From the sequence record NZ_CP079207.1: a DNA stretch of 16,663 nucleotides. One strand, 5' to 3'. The position numbers and the translations under genes were made by a program. This stretch comes from a plasmid. Below the pieces are notes generated by a model. It made no database searches. It saw nothing but the letters and a program-made list of their open reading frames with translations, and had not been told where the DNA came from. Every line of letters starts with the position of its first letter. Position 1 is the first letter of the stretch. Shown here one piece after another: positions 15,330 to 16,663 of this stretch.

Positions 15330-16115
15330 TTACTCCTCTAACTGTTGAATTCTAAGTAGTTGTTCATTAAGAACCATTTGGTACATTTGGATTGCTCTTT
15401 TATCCCAATGGTCTTTATTCCGTATTCCTTCATTAGCAAACGTTTTAACCCGTTCTTGAGTTCTAATTGAGTTTGAAAAGACCCCTTCGCCAAAAAAGTC
15501 TTTTGCTTGTGCAGAAATTTCAGTATCAACTTTTGCACGTGGCTTCATTAAGTACAATATGACACCAACTAACTGAAAACTTCCATTGTATTGTTCACGT
15601 AGTTCACCTAAATGCGTAGCTGTTTTTAAAGAACTTGTATATGACTGCTTTTGAGTTTGTAAGACAATTGAGATGAAATCTGAAGCCATGATTGCGTTAT
15701 TAGTAAAGACATTTATTGTTGGTGGTACGTCAATAAAAATATAATCGTAATTTTGTTTTAATTTTGAAAGCATTTGTGGTAATAGAATATTACGTTTAAC
15801 CCGACTAACTTTTTCTACAGCACCAATCCATAAAGACAATGTCCAATCTGTAGGAATCATATCAATTTGGTTTGTAACAGACACAATAGATTTAGACAAA
15901 TTCCCTCCAAGAAGGCCCTCATATAATGAAAGTTCCGGCTTTAAATCGGCTTTATAAGTCTCCTTCATAATTTCAGTTGCATTTCCCTGGGGATCGAAAT
16001 CTATCAGTAGTACTTTTTTCCCCTCTTGACCCAATAAATAGGTTTCCATTACAGTCAAGGTGGTCTTACCAACGCCACCTTTAAAGTTGAAGTTTAATAG
16101 TGTTTTCCCATTCAT
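15330..16115 (-). CDS. parA: ParA/Soj-family partition ATPase.
   Basis: Deviant Walker A KGGVGKTT near the N-terminus. 261 aa. RBS AGGTAGGTG. Confidence 0.9.
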   Translation of the reverse strand: MNGKTLLNFNFKGGVGKTTLTVMETYLLGQEGKKVLLIDFDPQGNATEIMKETYKADLKPELSLYEGLLGGNLSKSIVSVTNQIDMIPTDWTLSLWIGAVEKVSRVKRNILLPQMLSKLKQNYDYIFIDVPPTINVFTNNAIMASDFISIVLQTQKQSYTSSLKTATHLGELREQYNGSFQLVGVILYLMKPRAKVDTEISAQAKDFFGEGVFSNSIRTQERVKTFANEGIRNKDHWDKRAIQMYQMVLNEQLLRIQQLEE

Positions 16116-16147
16116 AGTAGCACCTACCTTTACATAAACATTTTACC

Positions 16148-16201
16148 ATGATTTATGATTAATCGCAAATTTTATATGATTTATGATTAATCATAAATCA
16201 T
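16148..16201. promoter_or_regulatory. par operator/centromere. Two direct repeats ATGATTTATGATTAATC (16148-16164 and 16176-16192, 28-bp period). The second extends into the palindrome ATGATTTATGATTAATCATAAATCAT.
   Basis: Seen directly, 30-60 bp upstream of the parA start. Confidence 0.55.
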
Positions 16202-16256
16202 ATCCATGAAAATATTTACTTAACCTTTGCAGAATGATATGCTTTGTTCATAAACA

Positions 16257-16290
16257 AAAAATCCCAATACACTCGGGATTGGGATTTTTG
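16257..16290. terminator. Hairpin AAAATCCCAAT-loop-ATTGGGATTTT flanked by A/T runs. Bidirectional terminator-like structure.
   Basis: 11-12-bp stem. A-run before and T-run after. Confidence 0.5.
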
Positions 16291-16327
16291 CAGTATTGAC
16301 AAGTAGCTATCTTGCAGCTACCTAGTC

Positions 16328-16361
16328 CAAGCAATTTTCACCGCCGAGTTAAAATTGCTTG
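16328..16361. other. Hairpin CAAGCAATTTT-(12 nt GC-rich loop CACCGCCGAGTT)-AAAATTGCTTG.
   Basis: Perfect 11-bp IR seen in sequence. Function unknown. Confidence 0.4.
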
Positions 16362-16454
16362 AACAAATTGTAATCTTGTTTACGTGCTAATTATACCGCA
16401 AGCAAACCTTAAAGGGCAAGCAAAGGTAAACTAATTAAAACGAAGACAAGACCA

Positions 16455-16497
16455 ATGGACTAAGTAGCTTCTAATAACTACTTAGTCCATTTTTAGT
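16455..16497 (+). terminator. Plus-strand rho-independent terminator. Stem ATGGACTAAGTAG / CTACTTAGTCCAT followed by TTTT.
   Basis: Perfect 13-bp stem, 10-nt loop, then TTTTAGTTCTT. There is no T-run for the minus strand. Confidence 0.7.
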
Positions 16498-16663
16498 TCT
16501 TAAAAATTAAAAAAGTTGCCGACTGGGCAACCCAGAATAGACACATGCTGGTGAAACTACAAAGCCGATCACGACCAATATCCGCTTTGTAATTCTATTA
16601 AAGCATATCAGATTTGTATTTTAAAGCAAGTCAGATGTTTTAGCAACTCTCTTTTGAGACAGC

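Noticed and set aside
15338-15538. 66-aa minus-strand ORF overlapping the 3' end of parA in another frame
   Set aside because: It is wholly contained in parA. ParA is strongly supported and there is no RBS.

Overview
The window is AT-rich (about 35% GC) and reads as a mosaic plasmid from a lactic-acid bacterium (Firmicutes).

Theta-replication and partition backbone:
- A RepA_N-family initiator (31-1143) with three tandem 54/66-bp repeats inside its coding sequence, the arrangement expected for an intragenic origin in this family.
- A ParA Walker ATPase plus a 71-aa RHH partner at the far end (15108-16115), flanked by motif-sharing repeats including a perfect 62-bp palindrome.

Accessory cargo layered onto that backbone:
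- A possible decayed toxin-antitoxin-like pair: a 65-aa ORF broken at an A7 homopolymer, followed by a Doc/Fic-fold protein whose catalytic His is replaced by Gln.
- An IS607-family element (MerR-HTH serine recombinase TnpA plus a RuvC/Zn-finger TnpB, that is, an OMEGA-type RNA-guided nuclease).
- An IS30-family element inserted into the 3' end of an operon of three small paralogous RHH genes. A second, 70-bp solo IS30 end lies at 11683-11752.
- A remnant of a pT181-family rolling-circle rep gene with a candidate nick-site hairpin, preceded by a cluster of ACGT-core palindromes.
- A plasmid-borne class Ib ribonucleotide reductase operon (nrdF-nrdI-nrdE) with two NrdR-box-like sites over its promoter.
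- A tandemly duplicated module, each copy carrying a short hydrophobic peptide gene (29 and 30 aa, paralogous) convergent with a serine-resolvase gene. One resolvase is intact and one decayed; in the intact copy the two stop codons overlap.
- Nested fragments of an IS5-family element (orfA plus an A6 slippery site) and an ISL3-family transposase.

The window length and end sequences are compatible with a complete circular replicon, but this cannot be verified from the sequence alone.

All family assignments rest on motif-level reading of the translations. No database search was run.
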